Assembly: GCF_003334405.1 (NCBI RefSeq)
Contig: NZ_QOWM01000003.1
Reading direction: 5' to 3' (one strand)
Length of the DNA: 64,000 nt
DNA from: Escherichia coli
GTDB taxonomy: Bacteria; Pseudomonadota; Gammaproteobacteria; Enterobacterales; Enterobacteriaceae
Part shown: positions 1 through 13,501 of the stretch, piece after piece
Position numbering within the stretch: the stretch's first letter is position 1
How the letters are laid out: each line of letters starts with the position of its first letter
The notes under the pieces: model-generated
What the model was told of the DNA's origin: nothing
Seen by the model: only the letters and a program-made list of their open reading frames with translations
Database searches by the model: none
Program-made: the position numbers and the translations under genes

Positions 1-1126
1 TGACGTTAACTTTGAGGCCTGGCAGCTGGAGATCAACCATGTGCTGGAAGCCGCCAGTGCGCAAAGCCAGCGTAACTATCAGATTTCGGCACTGGTGTTT
101 ATCAGCATGATTATTGTTGCGGCGATCTACATCAGCAGTGCGCTGTGGTGGACGCGCAAGATGATTGTTCAACCACTGGCCATTATCGGTAGCCATTTTG
201 ACAGCATTGCTGCGGGTAATCTGGCGCGTCCGATTGCGGTATATGGTCGTAATGAGATCACCGCCATTTTTGCCAGTCTGAAGACCATGCAGCAGGCTTT
301 GCGTGGGACGGTAAGTGATGTGCGTAAGGGAAGCCAGGAGATGCACATTGGTATCGCGGAGATTGTCGCAGGCAATAACGATCTCTCAAGTCGTACCGAA
401 CAGCAGGCGGCATCGCTGGCACAAACGGCCGCCAGTATGGAGCAATTAACCGCCACGGTAGGGCAAAACGCCGATAACGCACGACAGGCGTCGGAACTGG
501 CAAAAAATGCCGCGACAACGGCGCAGGCGGGCGGTGTTCAGGTCAGTACCATGACTCACACCATGCAGGAGATCGCCACCAGCTCGCAAAAAATTGGCGA
601 CATTATCAGCGTTATCGACGGAATTGCTTTCCAGACCAATATTCTGGCCCTGAATGCGGCAGTGGAAGCGGCTCGCGCCGGAGAGCAGGGGCGTGGTTTT
701 GCGGTAGTGGCAGGTGAAGTGCGCAATCTTGCCAGCCGTAGCGCGCAGGCAGCAAAAGAGATCAAAGGGCTGATCGAAGAGTCAGTCAATCGTGTCCAGC
801 AGGGTTCGAAACTGGTGAATAACGCCGCCGCGACCATGATCGATATTGTCAGTTCGGTGACCCGCGTGAACGACATTATGGGAGAAATTGCCTCTGCGTC
901 GGAAGAACAACAGCGGGGGATTGAGCAGGTTGCACAGGCTGTCAGCCAGATGGATCAGGTGACTCAGCAGAACGCCTCGCTGGTAGAAGAAGCGGCGGTG
1001 GCAACGGAACAACTGGCGAATCAGGCCGACCATCTTTCGTCGCGTGTGGCGGTATTTACCCTTGAAGAACATGAAGTAGCACGACATGAGTCGGTGCAGT
1101 TACAAATTGCGCCAGTGGTATCCTGA
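1..1126 (+). CDS. tap: Methyl-accepting chemotaxis protein IV (Tap), C-terminal 361+ aa; 5' end lies outside the window
   Basis: ORF 41..1126 translation shows HAMP linker plus conserved MCP signalling domain (methylation helices, [27 protein letters not shown] motif); lies immediately upstream of cheR as in the K-12 tar-tap-cheRBYZ operon; frame stays open to the window edge. Confidence 0.85.
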   Translation, partial: DVNFEAWQLEINHVLEAASAQSQRNYQISALVFISMIIVAAIYISSALWWTRKMIVQPLAIIGSHFDSIAAGNLARPIAVYGRNEITAIFASLKTMQQALRGTVSDVRKGSQEMHIGIAEIVAGNNDLSSRTEQQAASLAQTAASMEQLTATVGQNADNARQASELAKNAATTAQAGGVQVSTMTHTMQEIATSSQKIGDIISVIDGIAFQTNILALNAAVEAARAGEQGRGFAVVAGEVRNLASRSAQAAKEIKGLIEESVNRVQQGSKLVNNAAATMIDIVSSVTRVNDIMGEIASASEEQQRGIEQVAQAVSQMDQVTQQNASLVEEAAVATEQLANQADHLSSRVAVFTLEEHEVARHESVQLQIAPVVS

Positions 1127-1144
1127 AGTGATTGAGAAGGCGCT

Positions 1145-2005
1145 ATGACTTCATCTCTGCCCTGTGGGCAAACGTCTTTATTGTTACAGATGACCGAGCG
1201 CCTGGCGCTTTCCGACGCGCATTTTCGGCGGATAAGTCAATTGATCTATCAACGAGCCGGGATCGTTCTGGCTGACCATAAACGCGACATGGTTTACAAC
1301 CGACTGGTTCGTCGTTTGCGTTCGCTGGGACTGACGGATTTCGGTCATTATCTGAACTTGCTGGAATCTAATCAGCACAGCGGTGAGTGGCAGGCGTTTA
1401 TCAATTCGCTGACCACGAATCTGACGGCATTTTTCCGTGAGGCACATCATTTCCCTCTGCTCGCGGATCACGCACGTCGCCGTTCTGGCGAGTATCGCGT
1501 ATGGAGCGCGGCGGCTTCGACCGGCGAAGAGCCGTACAGCATTGCGATGACGCTGGCTGACACATTGGGCACCGCGCCCGGACGCTGGAAAGTGTTTGCC
1601 AGTGATATCGACACCGAAGTGCTGGAAAAAGCCAGAAGCGGTATCTATCGCCATGAAGAGTTGAAAAACCTGACGCCGCAGCAACTGCAACGGTATTTCA
1701 TGCGAGGGACGGGGCCGCATGAAGGGCTGGTACGCGTGCGTCAGGAGCTGGCGAACTATGTTGATTTTGCCCCGCTGAATCTACTGGCGAAACAGTACAC
1801 CGTGCCGGGGCCGTTTGATGCGATCTTCTGTCGTAACGTCATGATCTACTTCGATCAAACTACCCAGCAGGAGATTTTGCGCCGCTTTGTTCCGCTCCTT
1901 AAACCCGACGGATTGCTGTTTGCGGGTCACTCTGAAAACTTTAGCCACCTTGAGCGCCGCTTCACGCTGCGTGGTCAGACGGTGTATGCGCTAAGTAAGG
2001 ATTAA
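1145..2005 (+). CDS. cheR: Chemotaxis protein methyltransferase CheR (286 aa)
   Basis: Full-length 286-aa ORF; SAM-dependent methyltransferase sequence; position between tap and cheB. Confidence 0.95.
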   Translation: MTSSLPCGQTSLLLQMTERLALSDAHFRRISQLIYQRAGIVLADHKRDMVYNRLVRRLRSLGLTDFGHYLNLLESNQHSGEWQAFINSLTTNLTAFFREAHHFPLLADHARRRSGEYRVWSAAASTGEEPYSIAMTLADTLGTAPGRWKVFASDIDTEVLEKARSGIYRHEELKNLTPQQLQRYFMRGTGPHEGLVRVRQELANYVDFAPLNLLAKQYTVPGPFDAIFCRNVMIYFDQTTQQEILRRFVPLLKPDGLLFAGHSENFSHLERRFTLRGQTVYALSKD

Positions 2006-2007
2006 CG

Positions 2008-3461
<1,454 letters not shown>

Positions 3462-3471
3462 GGATGCGACT

Positions 3472-4116
3472 ATGATGCAACCATCAATCAAACCTGCTGA
3501 CGAGCATTCAGCTGGCGATATCATTGCGCGCATCGGCAGCCTGACGCGTATGCTGCGCGACAGTTTGCGGGAACTGGGGCTGGATCAGGCCATTGCCGAA
3601 GCGGCGGAAGCCATCCCCGATGCGCGCGATCGTTTGTACTATGTTGTGCAGATGACCGCCCAGGCTGCGGAGCGGGCGCTGAACAGTGTTGAGGCGTCAC
3701 AACCGCATCAGGATCAAATGGAGAAATCAGCAAAAGCGTTAACCCAACGTTGGGATGACTGGTTTGCCGATCCGATTGACCTTGCCGACGCCCGTGAACT
3801 GGTAACAGATACACGACAATTTCTGGCAGATGTACCCGCGCATACCAGCTTTACTAACGCGCAACTGCTGGAAATCATGATGGCGCAGGATTTTCAGGAT
3901 CTCACCGGGCAGGTCATTAAGCGGATGATGGATGTCATTCAGGAGATCGAACGCCAGTTGCTGATGGTGCTGTTGGAAAACATCCCGGAACAGGAGTCGC
4001 GTCCAAAACGTGAAAACCAGAGTTTGCTTAATGGACCTCAGGTCGATACCAGCAAAGCCGGTGTGGTAGCCAGTCAGGATCAGGTGGACGATTTGTTGGA
4101 TAGTCTTGGATTTTGA
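3472..4116 (+). CDS. cheZ: CheY-P phosphatase CheZ (214 aa)
   Basis: ORF 3442..4116 contains [22 protein letters not shown]; start placed at the internal ATG at 3472 to give the expected 214 aa. Confidence 0.92.
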
Positions 4117-4124
4117 TTTGTATT

Positions 4125-4187
4125 GCCTGATGTGGCGTGACCACGTCATATCAGGCGGTCTGATAAGGCGATGACGCCGCATCCGAC
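4125..4187. repeat. REP-type extragenic palindromes (imperfect hairpin plus GCCGCATCCGAC-type REP)
   Basis: gcctgatgtggcgtgaccacgtcatatcaggc hairpin followed by gataaggcgatgacgccgcatccgac in the cheZ-flhB intergenic region. Confidence 0.6.
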
Positions 4188-4317
4188 AAACGCACACTAT
4201 GCTTGATGTGTGGCAGCAAAAGCCCTAAATCCCGCCTGTTTTGCCCCTTACTCAAACCATTGAACGCTTTGCGCTCTGGCATCATTCACGCTTAATACTC
4301 TTTCCAGGATTGGCGAC

Positions 4318-5466
4318 GTGTCTGACGAGAGCGACGACAAAACAGAAGCCCCCACACCTCACCGACTAGAAAAAGCGCGGGAAGAGGGGCAAATCCCGCG
4401 TTCCCGTGAACTGACCTCACTGCTGATTTTGCTGGTGGGCGTTAGTGTTATCTGGTTTGGCGGTGTGTCGCTGGCCCGTCGATTGTCGGGCATGCTCTCC
4501 GCTGGGCTGCATTTTGATCACAGTATTATCAATGACCCGAATCTGATCCTCGGGCAGATTATTCTGCTGATCAGAGAAGCCATGCTGGCGCTGCTGCCGC
4601 TGATTAGCGGCGTGGTGCTGGTGGCGCTCATTTCTCCGGTCATGCTGGGAGGGCTGGTATTTAGCGGCAAATCCTTGCAGCCGAAGTGTTCCAAACTCAA
4701 CCCGCTACCGGGCATTAAACGGATGTTCTCGGCTCAGACTGGCGCGGAGTTGCTTAAAGCAATTTTGAAAACCATCCTGGTTGGCAGCGTGACGGGGTTT
4801 TTTCTCTGGCATCACTGGCCGCAGATGATGCGCTTGATGGCCGAGTCTCCGATTACCGCCATGGGTAATGCGATGGATTTGGTAGGGCTATGCGCACTGC
4901 TGGTGGTGCTTGGTGTCATTCCAATGGTGGGATTTGACGTCTTTTTCCAAATATTCAGCCACCTGAAAAAGCTGCGTATGTCACGGCAGGATATTCGTGA
5001 TGAGTTCAAACAAAGCGAAGGTGACCCTCATGTTAAAGGGCGGATCCGTCAGATGCAGCGAGCTGCTGCACGGCGTCGGATGATGGCCGATGTGCCGAAA
5101 GCGGATGTCATTGTCAATAACCCGACCCACTATTCGGTAGCGTTGCAGTATGACGAAAACAAAATGAGCGCACCGAAAGTGGTCGCTAAAGGTGCAGGGC
5201 TGGTCGCGCTGCGCATTCGTGAAATTGGCGCTGAAAATAACGTCCCGACGCTTGAAGCGCCGCCGCTGGCGCGAGCGCTGTATCGACATGCGGAGATTGG
5301 TCAACAAATCCCGGGTCAACTGTACGCCGCGGTGGCGGAAGTGCTGGCCTGGGTCTGGCAACTGAAACGCTGGCGTCTGGCTGGTGGACAGCGCCCTGTA
5401 CAACCTACTCATCTTCCGGTGCCGGAAGCCCTGGATTTTATTAACGAGAAACCGACCCATGAGTAA
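4318..5466 (+). CDS. flhB: Flagellar biosynthesis protein FlhB (382 aa), apparent GTG start
   Basis: 382-aa ORF MSDESDDKTEAPTPHRLEKAREEGQIPRSRELTS with type III export-apparatus switch sequence; GTG at 4318. Confidence 0.95.
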   Translation: MSDESDDKTEAPTPHRLEKAREEGQIPRSRELTSLLILLVGVSVIWFGGVSLARRLSGMLSAGLHFDHSIINDPNLILGQIILLIREAMLALLPLISGVVLVALISPVMLGGLVFSGKSLQPKCSKLNPLPGIKRMFSAQTGAELLKAILKTILVGSVTGFFLWHHWPQMMRLMAESPITAMGNAMDLVGLCALLVVLGVIPMVGFDVFFQIFSHLKKLRMSRQDIRDEFKQSEGDPHVKGRIRQMQRAAARRRMMADVPKADVIVNNPTHYSVALQYDENKMSAPKVVAKGAGLVALRIREIGAENNVPTLEAPPLARALYRHAEIGQQIPGQLYAAVAEVLAWVWQLKRWRLAGGQRPVQPTHLPVPEALDFINEKPTHE

Positions 5467-7537
5467 TCTGGCCGCGATGCTGCGCCTGCCCGCAAACCTG
5501 AAATCGACACAATGGCAGATCCTTGCCGGACCGATTTTGATCCTGTTGATCTTGTCGATGATGGTGCTGCCACTGCCCGCATTCATACTCGACCTGTTGT
5601 TTACCTTCAATATTGCCTTGTCGATCATGGTGTTGCTGGTGGCGATGTTTACCCAGCGCACGCTTGAGTTTGCTGCGTTTCCGACCATTCTGTTGTTTAC
5701 CACGCTGTTGCGTCTGGCACTTAACGTGGCTTCAACCCGTATCATTTTAATGGAAGGGCATACCGGCGCGGCGGCGGCAGGGAAGGTGGTCGAAGCGTTC
5801 GGTCACTTCCTCGTTGGTGGCAATTTCGCTATCGGTATCGTGGTGTTTGTCATTCTCGTGATCATCAACTTTATGGTCATTACCAAAGGTGCCGGGCGTA
5901 TCGCAGAAGTGGGTGCGCGCTTTGTTCTCGATGGTATGCCGGGTAAGCAGATGGCGATTGACGCCGACCTTAACGCCGGATTGATTGGTGAAGATGAGGC
6001 GAAAAAACGCCGCTCCGAAGTGACTCAGGAAGCCGATTTTTACGGCTCAATGGACGGGGCAAGTAAGTTTGTTCGCGGCGATGCCATCGCCGGGATCCTC
6101 ATCATGGTCATTAACATTGTCGGCGGGTTGCTGGTCGGCGTGCTGCAACATGGCATGAGCATGGGACACGCGGCGGAAAGTTATACGCTATTGACCATTG
6201 GCGACGGTCTGGTGGCACAAATTCCGGCGCTGGTGATTTCTACCGCCGCGGGGGTCATCGTTACGCGTGTCAGCACCGATCAGGATGTTGGCGAGCAGAT
6301 GGTGAATCAGCTTTTCAGTAACCCAAGCGTTATGTTGTTAAGCGCCGCCGTGCTCGGTTTACTCGGCCTGGTGCCTGGAATGCCGAACCTGGTATTTTTG
6401 CTGTTCACTGCCGGATTGCTCGGGCTGGCCTGGTGGATACGCGGACGCGAACAAAAAGCGCCTGCCGAACCCAAACCGGTAAAAATGGCAGAGAATAATA
6501 CCGTTGTCGAAGCGACGTGGAACGATGTACAACTGGAAGATTCTCTGGGAATGGAAGTGGGTTATCGACTGATCCCGATGGTCGATTTCCAGCAGGATGG
6601 TGAGTTGTTGGGCCGTATACGCAGTATCCGCAAGAAATTTGCCCAGGAGATGGGATTTCTGCCGCCAGTGGTGCACATTCGCGACAATATGGATCTGCAA
6701 CCTGCCCGCTATCGCATTTTGATGAAAGGCGTGGAGATTGGCAGTGGTGATGCTTATCCGGGGCGCTGGCTGGCGATTAACCCTGGAACCGCTGCCGGGA
6801 CGTTACCTGGTGAGGCGACCGTCGATCCGGCATTTGGCCTGAATGCTATCTGGATTGAAAGTGCGCTAAAAGAACAGGCGCAGATTCAGGGGTACACAGT
6901 GGTTGAGGCCAGCACGGTGGTAGCAACGCATCTTAACCACCTCATTAGCCAGCATGCCGCAGAGCTGTTTGGTCGTCAGGAGGCGCAACAGCTGTTGGAT
7001 CGCGTCGCCCAGGAGATGCCAAAGCTGACGGAAGATCTCGTTCCTGGCGTCGTCACGCTCACCACACTGCATAAAGTGCTGCAAAATCTCCTCGATGAAA
7101 AAGTACCGATTCGCGATATGCGCACCATTCTCGAAACGCTGGCGGAACATGCGCCCATCCAAAGCGATCCACATGAATTAACCGCCGTCGTGCGCGTGGC
7201 GTTGGGACGGGCGATTACCCAGCAGTGGTTTCCTGGCAAAGATGAAGTCCATGTTATTGGCCTCGATACACCGCTGGAACGTTTGTTACTACAGGCGCTG
7301 CAGGGCGGGGGAGGACTGGAGCCAGGGCTGGCGGATCGTTTACTGGCGCAAACTCAGGAAGCGCTATCCCGTCAGGAGATGCTGGGTGCGCCGCCAGTAT
7401 TGTTGGTGAACCACGCGCTGCGACCATTATTGTCTCGCTTCCTGCGCCGCAGCTTGCCGCAGTTAGTGGTCCTGTCGAATCTGGAACTGTCTGATAACCG
7501 ACATATCCGCATGACGGCGACAATTGGCGGCAAATAA
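5459..7537 (+). CDS. flhA: Flagellar biosynthesis protein FlhA (692 aa)
   Basis: ORF 5384..7537; start placed at ATG 5459 (MSNLAAMLRLPANLKSTQWQILAGP) giving 692 aa; overlaps the flhB 3' end by 8 nt. Confidence 0.95.
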   Translation: MSNLAAMLRLPANLKSTQWQILAGPILILLILSMMVLPLPAFILDLLFTFNIALSIMVLLVAMFTQRTLEFAAFPTILLFTTLLRLALNVASTRIILMEGHTGAAAAGKVVEAFGHFLVGGNFAIGIVVFVILVIINFMVITKGAGRIAEVGARFVLDGMPGKQMAIDADLNAGLIGEDEAKKRRSEVTQEADFYGSMDGASKFVRGDAIAGILIMVINIVGGLLVGVLQHGMSMGHAAESYTLLTIGDGLVAQIPALVISTAAGVIVTRVSTDQDVGEQMVNQLFSNPSVMLLSAAVLGLLGLVPGMPNLVFLLFTAGLLGLAWWIRGREQKAPAEPKPVKMAENNTVVEATWNDVQLEDSLGMEVGYRLIPMVDFQQDGELLGRIRSIRKKFAQEMGFLPPVVHIRDNMDLQPARYRILMKGVEIGSGDAYPGRWLAINPGTAAGTLPGEATVDPAFGLNAIWIESALKEQAQIQGYTVVEASTVVATHLNHLISQHAAELFGRQEAQQLLDRVAQEMPKLTEDLVPGVVTLTTLHKVLQNLLDEKVPIRDMRTILETLAEHAPIQSDPHELTAVVRVALGRAITQQWFPGKDEVHVIGLDTPLERLLLQALQGGGGLEPGLADRLLAQTQEALSRQEMLGAPPVLLVNHALRPLLSRFLRRSLPQLVVLSNLELSDNRHIRMTATIGGK

Positions 7538-7929
7538 TGAGAACCTTATTAGCAATATTATTGTTTCCGCTGCTGGTGCAAGCCGCCGGGGAGGGGATGT
7601 GGCAGGCAAGTAGTGTAGGAATTACGCTAAATCATCGCGGTGAGTCGATGTCGTCTGCGCCTCTTTCTACGCGACAACCTGCTTCAGGATTGATGACGCT
7701 GGTAGCGTGGCGTTATCAGCTTATCGGCCCGACACCTTCAGGACTGCGGGTTCGCTTGTGTTCGCAATCTCGTTGTGTCGAATTAGAGGGGCAGAGCGGA
7801 ACCACCGTGGCCTTTTCCGGTATAGCGGCAGCAGAACCGTTGCGATTTATCTGGGAAGTGCCAGGCGGTGGGCGGTTAATTCCACCGCTAAAGGTACAAC
7901 GTAATGAAGTGATTGTGAATTATCGCTGA
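7537..7929 (+). CDS. flhE: Flagellar protein FlhE (130 aa, signal peptide)
   Basis: 130-aa ORF beginning MRTLLAILLFPLLVQA; start ATG overlaps the flhA stop codon by 1 nt. Confidence 0.9.
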   Translation: MRTLLAILLFPLLVQAAGEGMWQASSVGITLNHRGESMSSAPLSTRQPASGLMTLVAWRYQLIGPTPSGLRVRLCSQSRCVELEGQSGTTVAFSGIAAAEPLRFIWEVPGGGRLIPPLKVQRNEVIVNYR

Positions 7930-8048
7930 AGGACAAAAAAATTACGCGCTCGCGAGTATGTTTAATAACTCAGTGAAAAAGGCTCGATGTCTTGTTGCAA
8001 TTATTTATCAGGAATAGCTTGCAACAAAACATGCCAAAAAGATGTGAA

Positions 8049-8558
8049 TTATCCTCTTGTCAAAGGGCTTGGATAAAAATCTTCAGAGTTACGGTATAGC
8101 TGCAACTGGCGAGTTCGCGTATTGGTCTGTATGATCATACATGAGAGCCATTCTGATTCAGAATAAGGGTCACTTAAATCCTGAACGTCCTCATTTGAAA
8201 GGATTAATTCACATTCTTTGTCCCTAAAATCCAGCCAGGCTCGCTGTGATTTTTTAAGCAAGTTAAGTTGTTCGGTATCAGGTTTTTTTACACCTGTGCG
8301 TGGCACTTGTTCTATATAACGATAAGCTTCACCATAGGCTTTATTTAATTGCGCATCGACGAGATTGTATTCTTGTCGCAGGCATGATTTGATCACGTTA
8401 ACGTCAGTATCATCATCTGAATTTTTTTGCCAACAATCTTTGATGGCTGAAATGTCATGGTCGTTTACTATAACCGTATCTTCTGCGTAAGCCTGGCAAG
8501 AGATAATGCCTAATGTTAATACAAGAAATTTAAACACTGCGGTATTCCTTAAATTCAA
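8049..8558 (-). CDS. yecT: Periplasmic DUF1311/LprI-like protein YecT (169 aa, signal peptide)
   Basis: 169-aa ORF with N-terminal signal peptide MNLRNTAVFKFLVLTLGIISCQAYA; located between flhE and argS as in K-12. Confidence 0.75.
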   Translation of the reverse strand: MNLRNTAVFKFLVLTLGIISCQAYAEDTVIVNDHDISAIKDCWQKNSDDDTDVNVIKSCLRQEYNLVDAQLNKAYGEAYRYIEQVPRTGVKKPDTEQLNLLKKSQRAWLDFRDKECELILSNEDVQDLSDPYSESEWLSCMIIQTNTRTRQLQLYRNSEDFYPSPLTRG

Positions 8559-8660
8559 CCGTTATCGTTTCCCTGGGGCCGGATATTACGCTTCTGGCCT
8601 CTTATCCAACAGTGAGAAAACAATGGCATGTCCATTTTCAGAATACATTTAGATGGCAAT

Positions 8661-8694
8661 AAAAAAGCCTGATCGGCTAACCCTGATCAGGCTT
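8661..8694 (-). terminator. Intrinsic terminator downstream of argS
   Basis: On the minus strand: aagcctgatcagggttagccgatcaggc hairpin followed by a T-run. Confidence 0.6.
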
Positions 8695-8713
8695 CACTCT
8701 CACGAAAAATCGA

Positions 8714-10447
8714 TTACATACGCTCTACAGTCTCAATACCCAGCGTATCCAGACCCAGCTTCAGCGTCTTCGCCGTCAGTTGTGCCAGTTTTAGACGGCT
8801 GTTACGCACTTCTTCGTTTTCTGCGCTGAGGATCGGGCAGTGCTCGTAGAAGCCAGAGAACAGACCGGCCAGATCGTACAGGTAAGCACACATTACATGC
8901 GGCGTGCCTTCACGGGCAACCACGGTGAGGGTTTCTTCAAACTGCAGCAGGCGAGCTGCCAGTTGCGCTTCACGATCTTCACGGATGATAACCGGAGCTG
9001 CAGCCAGTTGCTCTTCGTCAATTTCTGCTTTACGGAACACGGACAATACACGCGTGTATGCATACTGCATGTATGGCGCGGTATTACCCTCAAACGCCAG
9101 CATGTTGTCCCAGTCGAAGATGTAGTCCGTGGTGCGGTTTTTGGAGAGATCCGCATATTTCACCGCACCAATACCAACCGCGTTAGCCAGTTTTTCCAGC
9201 TCGTCGGCTGGCATATCCGGGTTCTTTTCTGCCACCAGACGGCGTGCACGTTCCAGGGCTTCATCCAGCAGATCGGCCAGTTTCACTGTACCACCCGCGC
9301 GGGTTTTGAACGGTTTGCCGTCTTTACCCAGCATCATGCCGAACATGTGGTGTTCCAGCGGTACGGATTCCGGTACATAGCCTGCTTTACGGACGATCGC
9401 CCATGCCTGCATCAGGTGTTGATGCTGACGGGAGTCGATGTAATACAGCACGCGATCGGCATGCAGTGTTTCATAACGATATTTCGCACAGGCGATATCA
9501 GTGGTGGTGTAGAGATAGCCGCCATCTTTCTTCTGAATGATCACGCCCATCGGTTCGCCTTCCTTGTTTTTAAACTCATCAAGGAATACGACGGTCGCCC
9601 CTTCGCTTTCTACTGCCAGACCTTTGGCTTTGAGATCCGCCACAATTCCTGGCAGCATCGGGTTGTAGAGGCTTTCGCCCATCACGTCATCACGGGTCAG
9701 CGTCACGTTGAGACGATCGTAGGTGATCTGGTTCTGCGTCATGGTGATGTCGACCAGTTTGCGCCACATCTCGCGGAAATATTCGTCACCGCTTTGCAGT
9801 TTTACCACGTAGTTACGTGCGCGCTCGGCGAACTCTTCATCTTCATCGTAATGCTTTTTCGCATCGCGGTAGAAACCTTCAAGGTCAGCCAGCTCCATTT
9901 CACCGGCGTTTTCCTGCTGCTGCTTTTCCAGCCATGCAATCAGCATACCGAACTGAGTGCCCCAGTCGCCGACGTGGTTTGCGCGAATCACTTTGTGACC
10001 GAGGAACTCCAGAGTACGCACTGCTGCGTCACCAATAATGGTAGAGCGCAGGTGACCGACATGCATCTCTTTCGCCACGTTTGGCGCAGAGTAGTCAACC
10101 ACAATGGTCTGTTTTTCTGGCGTAGCAACACCGAGACGATCGGACGCCAGCGCCTGCTGAACATGTTCAGCCAGGAATGCCGGATCAAGGAAAATGTTGA
10201 TAAAGCCTGGACCGGCGATCTCAACTTTGCTGGCGATACCGTTAAGATCCAGATGAGTCAGCACCTGCTCTGCTAATTGTCGCGGTGCCATACCCAGTTT
10301 TTTAGCAACTGCCATCATGCCGTTAGCCTGATAGTCGCCGAACTGAACTTTTGCTGACTGACGAACCTGCGGTTCGCAATCCGCAGGCGCGCCTGCCGCA
10401 ATCATGGCCTGACGGACTTTTTCTGAGAGAAGAGCCTGAATATTCAC
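8714..10447 (-). CDS. argS: Arginine--tRNA ligase ArgS (577 aa)
   Basis: 577-aa [23 protein letters not shown]; class I aaRS HIGH-type motif (HVGH) and KMSK-like region visible. Confidence 0.97.
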   Translation of the reverse strand: MNIQALLSEKVRQAMIAAGAPADCEPQVRQSAKVQFGDYQANGMMAVAKKLGMAPRQLAEQVLTHLDLNGIASKVEIAGPGFINIFLDPAFLAEHVQQALASDRLGVATPEKQTIVVDYSAPNVAKEMHVGHLRSTIIGDAAVRTLEFLGHKVIRANHVGDWGTQFGMLIAWLEKQQQENAGEMELADLEGFYRDAKKHYDEDEEFAERARNYVVKLQSGDEYFREMWRKLVDITMTQNQITYDRLNVTLTRDDVMGESLYNPMLPGIVADLKAKGLAVESEGATVVFLDEFKNKEGEPMGVIIQKKDGGYLYTTTDIACAKYRYETLHADRVLYYIDSRQHQHLMQAWAIVRKAGYVPESVPLEHHMFGMMLGKDGKPFKTRAGGTVKLADLLDEALERARRLVAEKNPDMPADELEKLANAVGIGAVKYADLSKNRTTDYIFDWDNMLAFEGNTAPYMQYAYTRVLSVFRKAEIDEEQLAAAPVIIREDREAQLAARLLQFEETLTVVAREGTPHVMCAYLYDLAGLFSGFYEHCPILSAENEEVRNSRLKLAQLTAKTLKLGLDTLGIETVERM

Positions 10448-10662
10448 CGGAATACCTTACATTGATGAAGCGAGCAAAAATTGCCCGCACCAGTTAAAGA
10501 AATTAGGGCGGGAGTATACTGCAAATGGCTGTTTTCGTCAGCAACGTGCGCGTGGCGTATTGCCGTTTTCACTATTGCATCAGAAGCGGCGTGAAATCAG
10601 CGGTTGGTTGGCACAGGGCAACAGGGTAAATTAACGCTTTTACTGAAAGACGAAGAGTGATT

Positions 10663-11229
10663 ATGGCGAACTGGCAATCTATCGACGAGCTGCAGGATAT
10701 TGCATCGGATTTACCGCGATTTATCCACGCATTAGATGAACTTTCCCGCCGTCTGGGGTTGAATATCACTCCGCTGACTGCCGATCACATTTCTTTGCGT
10801 TGCCATCAAAACGCCACTGCTGAACGCTGGCGTCGCGGGTTTGAACAGTGTGGCGAGCTTTTGTCAGAAAATATGATCAATGGCAGACCGATTTGTCTGT
10901 TTAAATTGCATGAACCGGTACAGGTTGCGCACTGGCAGTTTTCTATTGTGGAGCTACCGTGGCCCGGGGAAAAACGTTACCCACACGAAGGTTGGGAACA
11001 TATTGAAATCGTTCTGCCGGGTGATCCAGAAACGCTGAATGCCCGTGCGCTGGCATTGCTTTCTGATGAAGGACTCAGCCTACCGGGGATCTCAGTGAAA
11101 ACCAGTTCGCCAAAAGGTGAGCATGAGCGATTACCGAATCCGACGCTGGCGGTCACCGATGGCAAAACAACTATTAAGTTTCATCCGTGGTCCATTGAAG
11201 AGATCGTTGCCAGCGAGCAGTCGGCGTAA
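10663..11229 (+). CDS. yecM: VOC-family protein YecM (188 aa)
   Basis: ORF 10657..11229; start at ATG 10663 (MANWQSIDELQDIASDL); divergent from argS. Confidence 0.85.
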   Translation: MANWQSIDELQDIASDLPRFIHALDELSRRLGLNITPLTADHISLRCHQNATAERWRRGFEQCGELLSENMINGRPICLFKLHEPVQVAHWQFSIVELPWPGEKRYPHEGWEHIEIVLPGDPETLNARALALLSDEGLSLPGISVKTSSPKGEHERLPNPTLAVTDGKTTIKFHPWSIEEIVASEQSA

Positions 11230-11233
11230 TTAA

Positions 11234-12068
<835 letters not shown>

Positions 12069-12376
12069 ATCCCTGAACAGTATAAAAAACGAACGATAAC
12101 CGTGATCTGTTGAGCGGGTGACAGTGCGCATAGCGTTGTGCTAAAAATATTGTATATATTCACATTAATTATGGGATTTAAATTACTAAAACTGATAAAT
12201 ATATATTCTAAATAGCAACTGGGTTATTCCTTAGCAATTAATGATTACATTGTAATAAATCATATTCTTTATCGATTGTTTCAGGCAGTGTTGTGCCTAA
12301 TTATGCAAGCGGTTAATTCGTTGTATATTTAATTATACAATGATTTCGGTGTCCAGTAATTTAATTAGAGGAATCT

Positions 12377-13477
12377 ATGCGAGGGAAAAAACGCATTGGG
12401 TTATTGTTTTTGCTGATAGCGGTTGTGGTTGGTGGCGGCGGGTTATTGCTGGCGCAAAAAGCCTTACATAAAACGTCGGATACAGCATTTTGCCTTTCCT
12501 GCCACTCGATGAGTAAACCTTTTGAGGAATATCAGGGAACTGTCCACTTTTCGAACCAGAAAGGGATACGTGCGGAATGTGCCGATTGCCATATTCCAAA
12601 GTCAGGGATGGATTATTTATTTGCTAAATTAAAGGCATCTAAAGATATTTATCATGAATTTGTTAGCGGCAAAATAGACAGTGACGATAAGTTCGAAGCT
12701 CATCGCCAGGAAATGGCCGAAACAGTATGGAAAGAATTAAAAGCCACTGACTCTGCAACGTGCCGTAGTTGCCATTCTTTTGATGCCATGGATATTGCCT
12801 CGCAAAGTGAATCTGCGCAGAAAATGCATAACAAAGCACAAAAGGACAGCGAAACCTGTATCGATTGTCATAAAGGCATTGCCCATTTTCCGCCAGAAAT
12901 AAAAATGGATGACAACGCGGCGCATGAGCTGGAAAGTCAGGCCGCTACTTCAGTTACTAATGGCGCACATATTTATCCTTTCAAAACTTCTCACATAGGC
13001 GAGCTGGCTACCGTGAATCCTGGAACCGATCTCACCGTCGTTGATGCCAGTGGCAAACAGCCGATCGTTCTGTTGCAGGGTTATCAAATGCAGGGCAGTG
13101 AAAACACGCTCTACCTGGCGGCAGGTCAACGGCTGGCGCTAGCCACATTAAGTGAAGAAGGTATCAAGGCGCTCACTGTAAACGGGGAATGGCAGGCTGA
13201 CGAATACGGCAATCAATGGCGTCAGGCGTCTTTACAGGGTGCGCTTACCGATCCCGCATTAGCGGACCGTAAACCGCTATGGCAATACGCTGAAAAACTT
13301 GACGATACCTATTGCGCTGGTTGTCATGCCCCTATTGCCGCCGACCATTACACCGTCAATGCGTGGCCGTCCATTGCCAAAGGAATGGGGGCACGAACCA
13401 GCATGAGCGAAAACGAACTGGACATTTTAACGCGGTATTTCCAGTACAACGCCAAAGATATTACCGAGAAACAGTGA
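12377..13477 (+). CDS. torY: Pentahaem c-type cytochrome TorY (NapC/NirT family, 366 aa)
   Basis: 366-aa ORF with N-terminal TM helix and multiple CxxCH haem-binding motifs (CLSCH, CADCH, CRSCH, CIDCH, CAGCH). Confidence 0.93.
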   Translation: MRGKKRIGLLFLLIAVVVGGGGLLLAQKALHKTSDTAFCLSCHSMSKPFEEYQGTVHFSNQKGIRAECADCHIPKSGMDYLFAKLKASKDIYHEFVSGKIDSDDKFEAHRQEMAETVWKELKATDSATCRSCHSFDAMDIASQSESAQKMHNKAQKDSETCIDCHKGIAHFPPEIKMDDNAAHELESQAATSVTNGAHIYPFKTSHIGELATVNPGTDLTVVDASGKQPIVLLQGYQMQGSENTLYLAAGQRLALATLSEEGIKALTVNGEWQADEYGNQWRQASLQGALTDPALADRKPLWQYAEKLDDTYCAGCHAPIAADHYTVNAWPSIAKGMGARTSMSENELDILTRYFQYNAKDITEKQ

Positions 13478-13501
13478 TCCTCGTTGATCAGGGAGGAAGT
13501 T

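Noticed and set aside
4981-5745. 254-aa minus-strand ORF spanning the flhB-flhA junction
   Set aside because: Antisense to two well-supported flagellar export genes; Arg-rich, low-complexity translation.
8840-10276. 478-aa ORF on the plus strand, entirely antisense to argS
   Set aside because: Low-complexity, Cys/His/Phe-rich translation with no recognisable domain; argS on the opposite strand is full length and unambiguous, so this is a shadow ORF.
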